NCBI GenBank assembly: GCA_003566815.1
Contig: PXBT01000189.1
Span: forward strand, 1 to 40,231
Direction: 5' to 3'
DNA from: Caldisericota bacterium
GTDB taxonomy: Bacteria; Caldisericota; Caldisericia; UBA6126
Length of the DNA stretch: 40,231 bases
Shown here: positions 9,969-18,204 of the stretch, piece by piece
Layout of the letters: each line of letters begins with the position of its first letter
Position numbering within the stretch: position 1 is the stretch's first letter
Notes under the pieces: generated by a model
What the model was told of the DNA's origin: nothing
The model's input: only the letters and a program-made list of their open reading frames with translations
Database searches by the model: none
Program-made: the position numbers and the translations under genes

Positions 9969-11050
9969 GTCCCATAGAACTACGACATTGGATGCATGAA
10001 CATCCGGAGCTTTCTTTCCAGGAGGAGCAAGTTACCCGTCTTCTACTGGAAGAGCTGTTGGGCTGGAAAGACTTAAAGCTGTTGCGACCCTTGAATACTG
10101 GATTGGTTGCAGTGCATCAGCCCAGACCTGAGGAGCCTTTTGTCTTGTTTAGGGCGGACATGGATGCTTTACCCATGAGGGATGATGCAAATGGGAAAAT
10201 GAAGCCCATGCATTCGTGCGGACATGATGTGCATACTGCTATTTTGTTTGGTCTGATCCAGCGATGCCTGGAAGAGCAAGTCCAGACTAATGCGGTCTTT
10301 GTTTTTCAACCTGCAGAAGAGACTGGCGGAGGGGCAAAACATTTGCTGGACAGTGGAGTGCTGGAGCCTTATAAAATACAGTCTGCCTATGCTTTACATG
10401 TTTCCGATGCTTTTCCTTTGGGGACAATAGCCAGCGCCATGCCTACCCTATTTTCTTCTTCGCAGGAGCTGGATTTGCATTGGAAAGGCATGCAGAGCCA
10501 TATTACTCAGCCTGAAAAAGGTCGCGACACCTGGAAGGCTTGCGTAGCTTTGGAACAATGGAAAGCAAACTCACAGGATCTATTGTCAGAGGGCTTTTTT
10601 TTGGGAATAGGTCAGGTGGAGGCAGGGACTGTGCGCAATAGTGTATCTGATAGTGCAGTGATGCGTATGACTGCGCGAGGGAAAACTACAGAGATTTTGC
10701 ACAAGGGTCTTGAAAAAGTCCAGCAAGCTGTGCGTGAAGTTGAACTTAAATATGGCGTGGAGGCTTCGTTGACTTATGGCTCTTATTACCCCGCGGTGGA
10801 ACAAAATCAGGAACTGTTTGACCGGTGGATGAAAGATTTTGGTGAACAGGGGAAAGTGGAAAACTGTGATCCTGTATGGGCTGCGGAAGACTTTGGCTTT
10901 TTTGCGCAACAATACCCTTCATGGATGTTTTGGCTGGGCACTCGTCTTGCAGGTGAGCCTGCTTATGGACTTCATCACCGAAAATTCTATCCCCCGGATG
11001 ATGCTATTAATGAGGGGATTAATGTTTTTTTTAAGTTATTGAGCAAGTAA
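9962..11050 (+). CDS. M20 amidohydrolase, N-acetyldiaminopimelate deacetylase (YkuR-like)
   Basis: HPELSFQE, RADMDAL, MHSCGHDVH, FQPAEE, AEDFG; last gene of the dap operon. Confidence 0.88.
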   Translation: MLSPIELRHWMHEHPELSFQEEQVTRLLLEELLGWKDLKLLRPLNTGLVAVHQPRPEEPFVLFRADMDALPMRDDANGKMKPMHSCGHDVHTAILFGLIQRCLEEQVQTNAVFVFQPAEETGGGAKHLLDSGVLEPYKIQSAYALHVSDAFPLGTIASAMPTLFSSSQELDLHWKGMQSHITQPEKGRDTWKACVALEQWKANSQDLLSEGFFLGIGQVEAGTVRNSVSDSAVMRMTARGKTTEILHKGLEKVQQAVREVELKYGVEASLTYGSYYPAVEQNQELFDRWMKDFGEQGKVENCDPVWAAEDFGFFAQQYPSWMFWLGTRLAGEPAYGLHHRKFYPPDDAINEGINVFFKLLSK

Positions 11051-13948
11051 ATATAAGTTAATTTTTTCATCGGGTTCATTTACCAGGATTACTATTTTAT
11101 TTTGTTTCTGTTCAATTATTTCTATGGTTTCAGTCTTGTTGCTTTCAATCCTGATTTTGGTCAGATCGGTTTTTTCAGATTTCACGACAAGCGGAGCTCC
11201 TGAAAACATAAAACCTGACCATTTTCCATCATCTATATAAACCCCTGGTCCATCTTTGGACAATGGAATCGTATGCACTATGATATCATCAGCAGTATCC
11301 AGTCCGTGGATATTTAATTCAAAAGATCCTGAAATGTCTTCAAAGTAATCGATGAGTTGATTTCGAAACCTTTCAGGGCGATGATGAGCAAAATCTATCA
11401 TGATATTGATTTCTTCGTTCCAGGTTTCAGGACAGGGTAGTTTCCATCTCTTGTAATGGGTTTTTATTTCCGGCTCAATAACAGATTTATGTTCAGTTAT
11501 TGTTGAGGTCACTCGATCAGGATGAAAAGTTGTATTTAAGTGGATGGCAACTCTTTGAATGAATTCATTTAATACTTCTTCCCGGCCCAGGATGTCTTGG
11601 AAAAAAGTCATGGATTGTTGCAATGAAGGAAATTTTTTTTCATCCAACACAAAATGAAACATGTTGAATTCCTGATCTTCTTTCTGCAAAAAGTAGCGAC
11701 CGAGAGAAAAATCCAAATCAAAGAGAAACCATCGCCATCGTCCATCAAAGGGCCCTCTCTCGCTACTGGTTTTGGGACCAAAATATCGCCAGAATTTGAT
11801 ATTATTGGTGGGCCAGTCACTGTTGACTGCATAAAAGTGGGTGACGACATAATCTAATAACTCATGCAATGCTATATATTGATCAATGCAATTTAAGCTT
11901 TCATATTGACCAGTGTTTAATTGGTGGGCAAAAGTTAAAAAATCATGTACATGCGCAGGCTCTCCGCAATATGTTGTTACTCTCCCCAAAAAGCTTTCAA
12001 GTATGGAAATATTGTTTAAAGGCAGTTTGTGATGAGTGTGCACATAGTAATGATCAAATCGGTCGCGCAAGTTGTGAATGCCCCAATATTCTCCATTAAT
12101 AAACACAATAGTGGGCTGATAGTGTTGTGTGTCTATAGACAAATGGCGCACCAGGGATTGCATGATGGCATCTCTCATCAACCCATGAGAGGCATCCTGA
12201 CCTGCATTTCTTAAAATAAAATTGTAATAAACATCATTTTTTTTGCTGTTAAAAAACGGATAGTTTAATGGATATGAAGCATAGTTTTTCTGAGGATAAA
12301 TTCTTAATGACTTCTGAGGGTAGGATCGGCTTCCTTTTCCATGAATTCTTAATCCTGTTTTTTGATGCAATGCGCGAAGACCCTGTTGGTCAAAATATTC
12401 AAAATATCCTATTCGCTCCCATTGCTTGCCTCTCTGCGCAAAGTTTCCTGTTCTGATCAGGGTATGCTCATAATGAGCTCCAGGAACATAGATTCCATAA
12501 TCATGATCAAATAAATGGGACCGATCTGTTGAAATACTTATGACAGGCAAATTTTTATATTCGACTGAGGATTGAAAAAAATAAGTATTTGTTTTAGTTC
12601 TTGATGGATAGTTATTTTTAATGGATATTGCTTTGACCACCAGGGCTTTGGGGGTATCATCATCAGGTTTTTTCCAGGGTAGATGCCAAAAGGACAAACC
12701 TTGTTCGTGGCCCTCAATAAGGTCAAGAAAATTGGTGGGCAGGGTTGAAATATCAAGTTCTCTTTCTATGTGGCGCTGAAGGTCGATAGGATTACTGTAT
12801 AGGTAGGTTCTTGATCTGGTTTCTCTGGGCAGGGAAGCCCAGGTTTCATTGTCCATTACATGCTGGGGATCTGGAACTGATCCATCCAGGGTGTAGTAAA
12901 TGTCATAGCCTTCTTTGCTTTCGAGACTCAAAAGAAAATGATTGGAGTAGAAGCCAGCAGGATGTGAAAATCTTGGAGGCAGAATGTTAAAATCCGGGAG
13001 ATGTTGGGGATACCTAAAGGTAATATTTCCCCAAAAAGGCCTTATGGGAGCAAAAAAGTCATTTGCTATGCTTTGTTCGTGGCTATGATTGAGTCGAAGG
13101 TCTATTTCTTCAATCATGCCCAGCTTTAATATATCTCCAAGAATAGAAAAATCGGTAATTCCCGTGTTTCTCAGGTTGAGCCTTTTAAGGTTTTCCATGT
13201 TTGAAATTATTTCTATTTCATTTCCTATGTGAATATTTGGAGCAATAAATGTTTCCAGCTGAGAAAGATTTTGCAGAGGTCGAATAGAATGAATAGAAGA
13301 GTTGGAGTGAATATTTAAATACTTCAATTTGGAAAGGTTTGACAGAGGGGTTAAATCTTGTATTAAGTTTTCTCTCAAGTTGAGAGATCTTAAATTGCTT
13401 AACTTTTCCAGGGGGGCGATGTTTTGGATATGATTTCCCATTAAATTGAGTTCTTCCAATGTTGTCAGGTTTTGCAATAGTTGAATATCTTTCATTTTCT
13501 CGATTTCTCCGCTGGAGCTTATTTTTCCATTATGGCTCAGATCCAGGGATAGCAAAGGGGTATTTAACAAATGGTCAAAGCCTGCTTTTTCCAGATCAGT
13601 GATACCATTTTTGCTCAGGTTGATTTCTCTTAAATATGCCAGATCTTTCAATGACTCAAGGTTTTTTATCCTATTATAGGAAAGATCTATGCTGACTAGT
13701 TTTGGAACTAGTTCTATCCCATCCAGGTGTTGGATATTTCTCCTTGAAAGGTTCAAATAATGTATTTTAAGCAAATCACTTCTTTTTATTGGGTGCGAAG
13801 GATCAGATGGCATGCTTAATGCGCATCGAATTGCTTGTTCCAGATGAATGTCCTTGAAGGATACTCCCCACTGATTAATCTTTGGAATCAGTTGATTGAG
13901 GAAAATAAAAAAAACAATGATAGCAACAAAAATACCTGCTTTACGAAT
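11036..13948 (-). CDS. Membrane-anchored leucine-rich-repeat + Fn3-associated + CotH-family kinase protein
   Basis: LRRs (LxxLxLxxNxIxxL), PPRFSHPAGFY..IYYTLDGS domain, CotH motifs (RIHGKGSR..QKSL, NSDWPTNN, WRWFLFDLD). The frame stays open 47 codons upstream of ATG 13813 and encodes a TM helix and LRR cap, so the start is placed at ATT 13948. Confidence 0.87.
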   Translation of the reverse strand: MRKAGIFVAIIVFFIFLNQLIPKINQWGVSFKDIHLEQAIRCALSMPSDPSHPIKRSDLLKIHYLNLSRRNIQHLDGIELVPKLVSIDLSYNRIKNLESLKDLAYLREINLSKNGITDLEKAGFDHLLNTPLLSLDLSHNGKISSSGEIEKMKDIQLLQNLTTLEELNLMGNHIQNIAPLEKLSNLRSLNLRENLIQDLTPLSNLSKLKYLNIHSNSSIHSIRPLQNLSQLETFIAPNIHIGNEIEIISNMENLKRLNLRNTGITDFSILGDILKLGMIEEIDLRLNHSHEQSIANDFFAPIRPFWGNITFRYPQHLPDFNILPPRFSHPAGFYSNHFLLSLESKEGYDIYYTLDGSVPDPQHVMDNETWASLPRETRSRTYLYSNPIDLQRHIERELDISTLPTNFLDLIEGHEQGLSFWHLPWKKPDDDTPKALVVKAISIKNNYPSRTKTNTYFFQSSVEYKNLPVISISTDRSHLFDHDYGIYVPGAHYEHTLIRTGNFAQRGKQWERIGYFEYFDQQGLRALHQKTGLRIHGKGSRSYPQKSLRIYPQKNYASYPLNYPFFNSKKNDVYYNFILRNAGQDASHGLMRDAIMQSLVRHLSIDTQHYQPTIVFINGEYWGIHNLRDRFDHYYVHTHHKLPLNNISILESFLGRVTTYCGEPAHVHDFLTFAHQLNTGQYESLNCIDQYIALHELLDYVVTHFYAVNSDWPTNNIKFWRYFGPKTSSERGPFDGRWRWFLFDLDFSLGRYFLQKEDQEFNMFHFVLDEKKFPSLQQSMTFFQDILGREEVLNEFIQRVAIHLNTTFHPDRVTSTITEHKSVIEPEIKTHYKRWKLPCPETWNEEINIMIDFAHHRPERFRNQLIDYFEDISGSFELNIHGLDTADDIIVHTIPLSKDGPGVYIDDGKWSGFMFSGAPLVVKSEKTDLTKIRIESNKTETIEIIEQKQNKIVILVNEPDEKINLYLLAQ

Positions 13949-13954
13949 AGCAAT

Positions 13955-14719
13955 CTACCTCACAATCACAATGCCATCCAGGTAATATTGATCTTGTCTG
14001 GATGCTTCGATGGATTGAGTATATTTGCTGTTGGCGATATAGCTTAGCCCATGATCAAGAATGATTTTTTTTAGCCAGAAGGGGTAGGTATGTTTGCACT
14101 TAATTTCAAGAACAATTTCAAAAGGGTGATGGGTTCTAAAAAAAGGATTGCAGGGGAATAATGTTTTTTCGTGAACGCTTCTAACATTATGGTCAAAGGT
14201 CATTCGAACCTCGCTGTCGGAGCGTGACTCATATCCTTCTCTATGGTATTCCACCAGCACTTTTGGCCTCAATGCTTTTGCAAGAAGGTAGCGATTAAAT
14301 TCTATTAGCACTGGGTCCGATTCATCCATCTTCCACATGCAGTTATCAATAAAATATTGATAAGAAGCTATAGAAGTAAAGGTGGAATATTTTGCCAATG
14401 ATTCTCCTTGTCGAACTTTAATTTCTGCTCGAATTTTTTGGGCTTGTTCCATTTTTGAAGAATAGGTGCGAAGACGAAATTTTGCTCTTTCAGCGTCGCC
14501 GCTCATTTTCTGTGAGTATATTTCGTAGTCTGAGGTTTCATAGTATAAGCTTCGGACAAGATATTTTTTTGATTTATTATTTTGAGTGTAGTCGTCAAGT
14601 TTCATGTATGGAAGGATGGAGTGTTTTATATTTAGATACTGATAGTAGCTGATGCGGTACTTAAATTCAAAACGAAATGCTGACTCATCGCTTTTGATCT
14701 TGTTAGTTTTTATCATCAA
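13955..14719 (-). CDS. VTC-domain (polyphosphate polymerase / CYTH-like) protein
   Basis: RFEFKY, VRSLYYET, KFRLRTY, VEYHREGY, RMTFD, LEIK, SKY. Confidence 0.92.
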   Translation of the reverse strand: MMIKTNKIKSDESAFRFEFKYRISYYQYLNIKHSILPYMKLDDYTQNNKSKKYLVRSLYYETSDYEIYSQKMSGDAERAKFRLRTYSSKMEQAQKIRAEIKVRQGESLAKYSTFTSIASYQYFIDNCMWKMDESDPVLIEFNRYLLAKALRPKVLVEYHREGYESRSDSEVRMTFDHNVRSVHEKTLFPCNPFFRTHHPFEIVLEIKCKHTYPFWLKKIILDHGLSYIANSKYTQSIEASRQDQYYLDGIVIVR

Positions 14720-14720
14720 A

Positions 14721-15380
14721 TTACACTGGCAAATTAAGTTGGGGAGAAAGCAAAGATGTTTTTTTCACTCCTTTTATGGTGTTTACTTTGTCCACAAGTT
14801 TTGTAACTGAAGCTGATGATTTTTCCAAAAGGTTGATTTCAAAAACAATTTCCCTAATTTCTTCCTGTATTTCATGGGAGCGCACTTTAGCATGCAATGC
14901 ATATTGCTTGATAATTTTCTCAGCTTCATCTACTGAAAAGGCAATATTTCCACTGATGATAAAAATATAATTTATATGAGTGGACCTGCCATAACGAAGA
15001 AAATAGAGCAAAAAAACAAGGGGAGCCATAATTAAGCTTGAAATGCTTACAATTTCCCAGTTATAAGTTCCTGCGCCCAAGCCTACTGCAATAGCCCAAA
15101 ACAAAAAAACCATATCCCTGGAATCTTTAATGGGAGTTCTGAATCTTATAATTGAAAGTGAGCCAATCAAGCCAAGTGAAAGCACAAGATCGCCTCTTAT
15201 AAAAAGCATAACCAGGGTGACTATAGGAGCCAGGAGCACCAGCGTACTCATGAAAGATAGCTCATAGTTCATTCCACGATGAGTATGTTTGTAGATTTGA
15301 GATATGATAAAGGAAATGCAGGCAGATAAAAGCAAAGAGAAAACGACTTGAAACATTTCGTATGACATTAAGCCAGACAC
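14721..15380 (-). CDS. DUF4956 membrane protein
   Basis: SLGLIGSLSIIRFRTPIKDSRD..FLFWAIAVGLGAG signature, several TM helices, soluble C-terminal domain. Confidence 0.92.
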   Translation of the reverse strand: MSGLMSYEMFQVVFSLLLSACISFIISQIYKHTHRGMNYELSFMSTLVLLAPIVTLVMLFIRGDLVLSLGLIGSLSIIRFRTPIKDSRDMVFLFWAIAVGLGAGTYNWEIVSISSLIMAPLVFLLYFLRYGRSTHINYIFIISGNIAFSVDEAEKIIKQYALHAKVRSHEIQEEIREIVFEINLLEKSSASVTKLVDKVNTIKGVKKTSLLSPQLNLPV

Positions 15381-15544
15381 CTGTAAATATTAATCATAAT
15401 AAAGTTTTACCCCCATATCCATTTAAAGCTTTTTTAACATTATAATAAGACTTCTATTTTATTCTATGTATTCAGAGCGGTGTTTATTTTCTGAACCGTG
15501 AATATTTGTTTTTAGGCAAGCTTTGGGTATGCTTTTAGCTTGTT

Positions 15545-16399
15545 ATGATTAATTTGTTGATGGCAGTGCTTTGCAGTGCTTCGATTGCTCTTGCTTTTCG
15601 CTTGAGTGAATTACGGAAACAGGAACGATTGACGCTGACTATAGGCAATTATATGATTGCAACAGTGGTAGCTGGGGGGATGCTTATTTACCGGAATAGC
15701 CAGGTGCCCTTGTTAGCAACTTATCGATCGGAGCTTTTACCTGTTTTATTGTTAGGCGTGCTTACTGGAGCTTTGTTTTTTGCCACTTTCATGGTTTATC
15801 AGCGGTCGGTAGGGAGCAAGGGTGCGCCACTCGCAGGAGCTTTTGCTAAAATGGGAACTCTGGTACCCATGAGCTTGTCCCTGATTATCTGGCAGGAAAC
15901 ATTGAGCGGTTTTCAGTATATAGGCCTTGGAGTAGCTTTGATGGCTATGCTTCTAATGAGCGTACCCCTAAAGAAATTGGACTGGAAAAATATCCACTTA
16001 TTACTATGGGCTCTTTTATTGATGGGTGGATTGGCGGATTTTAGCAATAAAATTTTTCAGGAACTATATCCGTTGATGCTCAAGGAATGGTTTTTGTGGT
16101 GGGTTTTCTTTTCAGCTCTGGTGATGAGCTCTATCACTCAGATGATAGTAAAAAAGTCCTGGCGATGGGCAGACCTGCGATGGGGTTTTTTGATCGGCGT
16201 GCCGAATATTTTTTCTTCTTTCTTTCTTATATTGGCGCTGACTACCCTGCCTGCTTCCATTACATACCCGCTTTTTAGCACAGGGACCTTACTGGTGATT
16301 CAATCTGTAACACGCTGGGTTTATAAAGAGCGACTTTCAACGCAGGACCAATGGGGTTTTGGGCTGGCTATTTTAGCTTTGTTGCTTTTGTATCGTTAA
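15545..16399 (+). CDS. EamA/DMT family transporter
   Basis: About 10 hydrophobic segments in two repeats, each ending in a WQETLS/YKERLS-type motif. Confidence 0.85.
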   Translation: MINLLMAVLCSASIALAFRLSELRKQERLTLTIGNYMIATVVAGGMLIYRNSQVPLLATYRSELLPVLLLGVLTGALFFATFMVYQRSVGSKGAPLAGAFAKMGTLVPMSLSLIIWQETLSGFQYIGLGVALMAMLLMSVPLKKLDWKNIHLLLWALLLMGGLADFSNKIFQELYPLMLKEWFLWWVFFSALVMSSITQMIVKKSWRWADLRWGFLIGVPNIFSSFFLILALTTLPASITYPLFSTGTLLVIQSVTRWVYKERLSTQDQWGFGLAILALLLLYR

Positions 16400-17304
16400 A
16401 AATCCGTAATCTGCGCAAAAGTGTAACCCTGGTCACGCAAGGTAGCTGCAATATGGGGGAGAGCCTCAAGATTGTCGGGGGTTATTAGATGCATCAAGAC
16501 AATTGCTCCTGGGTGGATATGTTGCGTCACAATACGATGCGCATCCTTCCAGCCATTGGGCAAAGGCTCCCAGTCAGGGTATGCAATACTCCAGAAGATG
16601 GATTTGTATCCCATTTGATGAATAATGCTCATGGAATATTCGCAAAAATGACCCATGGGAGGCCGATAATAGTACATGATTTCCCCTGTGAGTTCATGGA
16701 AAAATTCTTGCGCTCTATGGGTGTCACGGATGATTTCTTTCTTGCTCATTCCTGGTAAAGACTCGTGAATAGTGGAATGGTTGCCTATGGCATGACCTTC
16801 ATCCACGATCCGCTGTACCAGATCAGGTCGGGATTGAATATAGTGGGTCACCAAAAAGAAAGAAGCTGGGATACTTAGCTCTTTCAGCTTGTCCAGCAAT
16901 GCTTCGGTGTAACCTGCTTCATAGCCCAGGTCAAAGGTGAGATAAACTTTTTTTTCTTCTGGGGATCCTGCGAAAAATCCTTCGAAACGCCCGAAAATAC
17001 CAAGCCATTCCTGAGGTACGGTGGGTTGCAAACCATCATTGGTCATGCGAATGCCAAATTCATGAAGTTTTCGTGATCCTTCTGGAGAGATCTTGCTGTG
17101 GTCGATATTCATGGGGTGGATAGCTGGTACAATTTTGTTGGGACTAACCACTTCTTCCGAGGCCTCAACCTCTTCCTCTACTTGCTCTATGATTAAAGGC
17201 TCAGGCGGATCAGGGGTGCTTTGCAAGCAGGATACTTGCAAAAAGACAAGAAAAAGAGCAATTATAGCTATCATGAACCTTTTTTTGAACCTTTTTTGTT
17301 TCAT
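16396..17304 (-). CDS. Polysaccharide deacetylase (PdaA-like, CE4), probable lipoprotein
   Basis: VYLTFDLGYE, GHAIGNHS..H, YRPPMG, GAIVLMH; N-terminal signal ending LQVSC. Confidence 0.9.
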   Translation of the reverse strand: MKQKRFKKRFMIAIIALFLVFLQVSCLQSTPDPPEPLIIEQVEEEVEASEEVVSPNKIVPAIHPMNIDHSKISPEGSRKLHEFGIRMTNDGLQPTVPQEWLGIFGRFEGFFAGSPEEKKVYLTFDLGYEAGYTEALLDKLKELSIPASFFLVTHYIQSRPDLVQRIVDEGHAIGNHSTIHESLPGMSKKEIIRDTHRAQEFFHELTGEIMYYYRPPMGHFCEYSMSIIHQMGYKSIFWSIAYPDWEPLPNGWKDAHRIVTQHIHPGAIVLMHLITPDNLEALPHIAATLRDQGYTFAQITDF

Positions 17305-17310
17305 ATTTTA

Positions 17311-17339
17311 ACTATAACATTACTAATCAAACCTTGCAA
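17311..17339 (-). promoter_or_regulatory. Promoter for the deacetylase gene, probably leaderless
   Basis: TTGCAA-17 nt-TATAGT with TG extension; ATG 6 nt after the -10; no SD. Confidence 0.7.
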
Positions 17340-17340
17340 A

Positions 17341-17367
17341 AAGACAAGGGGACGGGGGTGTTGTCTT
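17341..17367 (-). repeat. REP-like palindromic repeat, copy 2 (inverted); possible bidirectional terminator
   Basis: AAGACAAGGGGACGGGGGTGTTGTCTT flanked by an A run and a T run, right after the metallophosphoesterase stop. Confidence 0.85.
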
Positions 17368-17370
17368 TTT

Positions 17371-18072
17371 TTATGGAAGAAATGCCAAAGGTAGCCCTGT
17401 GGAAGGAAATCGTTGCCTTAAAAGAGGAAGTTCACAGACTGTGCGGTGAATGGAGCATTTAATTTCTTTCATTTCCATTTCGATCAAGGCCCAGGTAAAT
17501 CCAGGGATGCCATCTTTAGGCCGACCCGCACTGCCATCATTGAGCAATACCATAGAGTCTATGTTTCTAATATAGGGCTTGTGAGTATGTCCGCAAGCCA
17601 AAAGCTTGGGTATTTTTTCTGAAAACATTCTGCGGATGCTACTTTCAGGACGATCTTCAAAGAGGTATTCATTGATTTTTCGGGGGCTTCCGTGTACGAA
17701 AATGATCTGTTGACCGTCGATTTCCAAGAGATACTGTGGCAATAAGTTCTGAAGGAAACTTTTATTTTCCAAAGAAACTTCTTTTTGCGTCCATCGAAGA
17801 GATATATCGCCCAGCTTTCGCTCTTCCTCAGTGGGGTAAGCGCAACCACAGTCGTCCAGGTCAAAGCCCACTCCCTGGTCATAGTTGCCCATAATAACAG
17901 GAATACCCAAATCTCGCACAGCTTCAATGACTTCATTAGGAAAGGGAAGATAGCCTACCAGATCCCCCAGACAGATCATTTGGTCAACCTTGTGGTTTTC
18001 AATATCTTTGAGCACAGCATCCAGTGCTTCAATATTGCCATGAATATCCGAAAAAACTGCTATTTTTTTCAT
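17371..18072 (-). CDS. Calcineurin-like metallophosphoesterase (YfcE family)
   Basis: SDIHGN, LGDLVG, GNYD, VHGSP, CGHTH; also a DCGC motif. Confidence 0.92.
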   Translation of the reverse strand: MKKIAVFSDIHGNIEALDAVLKDIENHKVDQMICLGDLVGYLPFPNEVIEAVRDLGIPVIMGNYDQGVGFDLDDCGCAYPTEEERKLGDISLRWTQKEVSLENKSFLQNLLPQYLLEIDGQQIIFVHGSPRKINEYLFEDRPESSIRRMFSEKIPKLLACGHTHKPYIRNIDSMVLLNDGSAGRPKDGIPGFTWALIEMEMKEIKCSIHRTVCELPLLRQRFPSTGLPLAFLP

Positions 18073-18150
18073 AAACTCCTCCCTTATTTATAAAGTTTAG
18101 CCATGTTTTTGCTCTATCAAAGAAAATTTTTATTAAGTTTGAGTTAAAAA

Positions 18151-18176
18151 AAGACAACCCCCCGTCCCCTTGACTC
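18151..18176 (+). repeat. REP-like palindromic repeat, copy 3
   Basis: AAGACAACCCCCCGTCCCCTTGACTC, one mismatch in the 3' arm. Confidence 0.85.
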
Positions 18177-18204
18177 ATTTTGGTTGTGGTATAATTTTAT
18201 AATT

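Noticed and set aside
11036-17304. CotH and PdaA-like genes as evidence of sporulation
   Set aside because: Both families are widespread in non-sporulators, and no sporulation-specific genes are present.
2142-18176. The ~26-bp repeats as a CRISPR array
   Set aside because: Copies are 0.8-15 kb apart, in mixed orientation, with no spacers and no cas genes.
18170-18195. TTGACT at the end of repeat copy 3 as the -35 of the radical SAM promoter
   Set aside because: Spacing to TATAAT is only 14 nt. The extended -10 alone explains the promoter.
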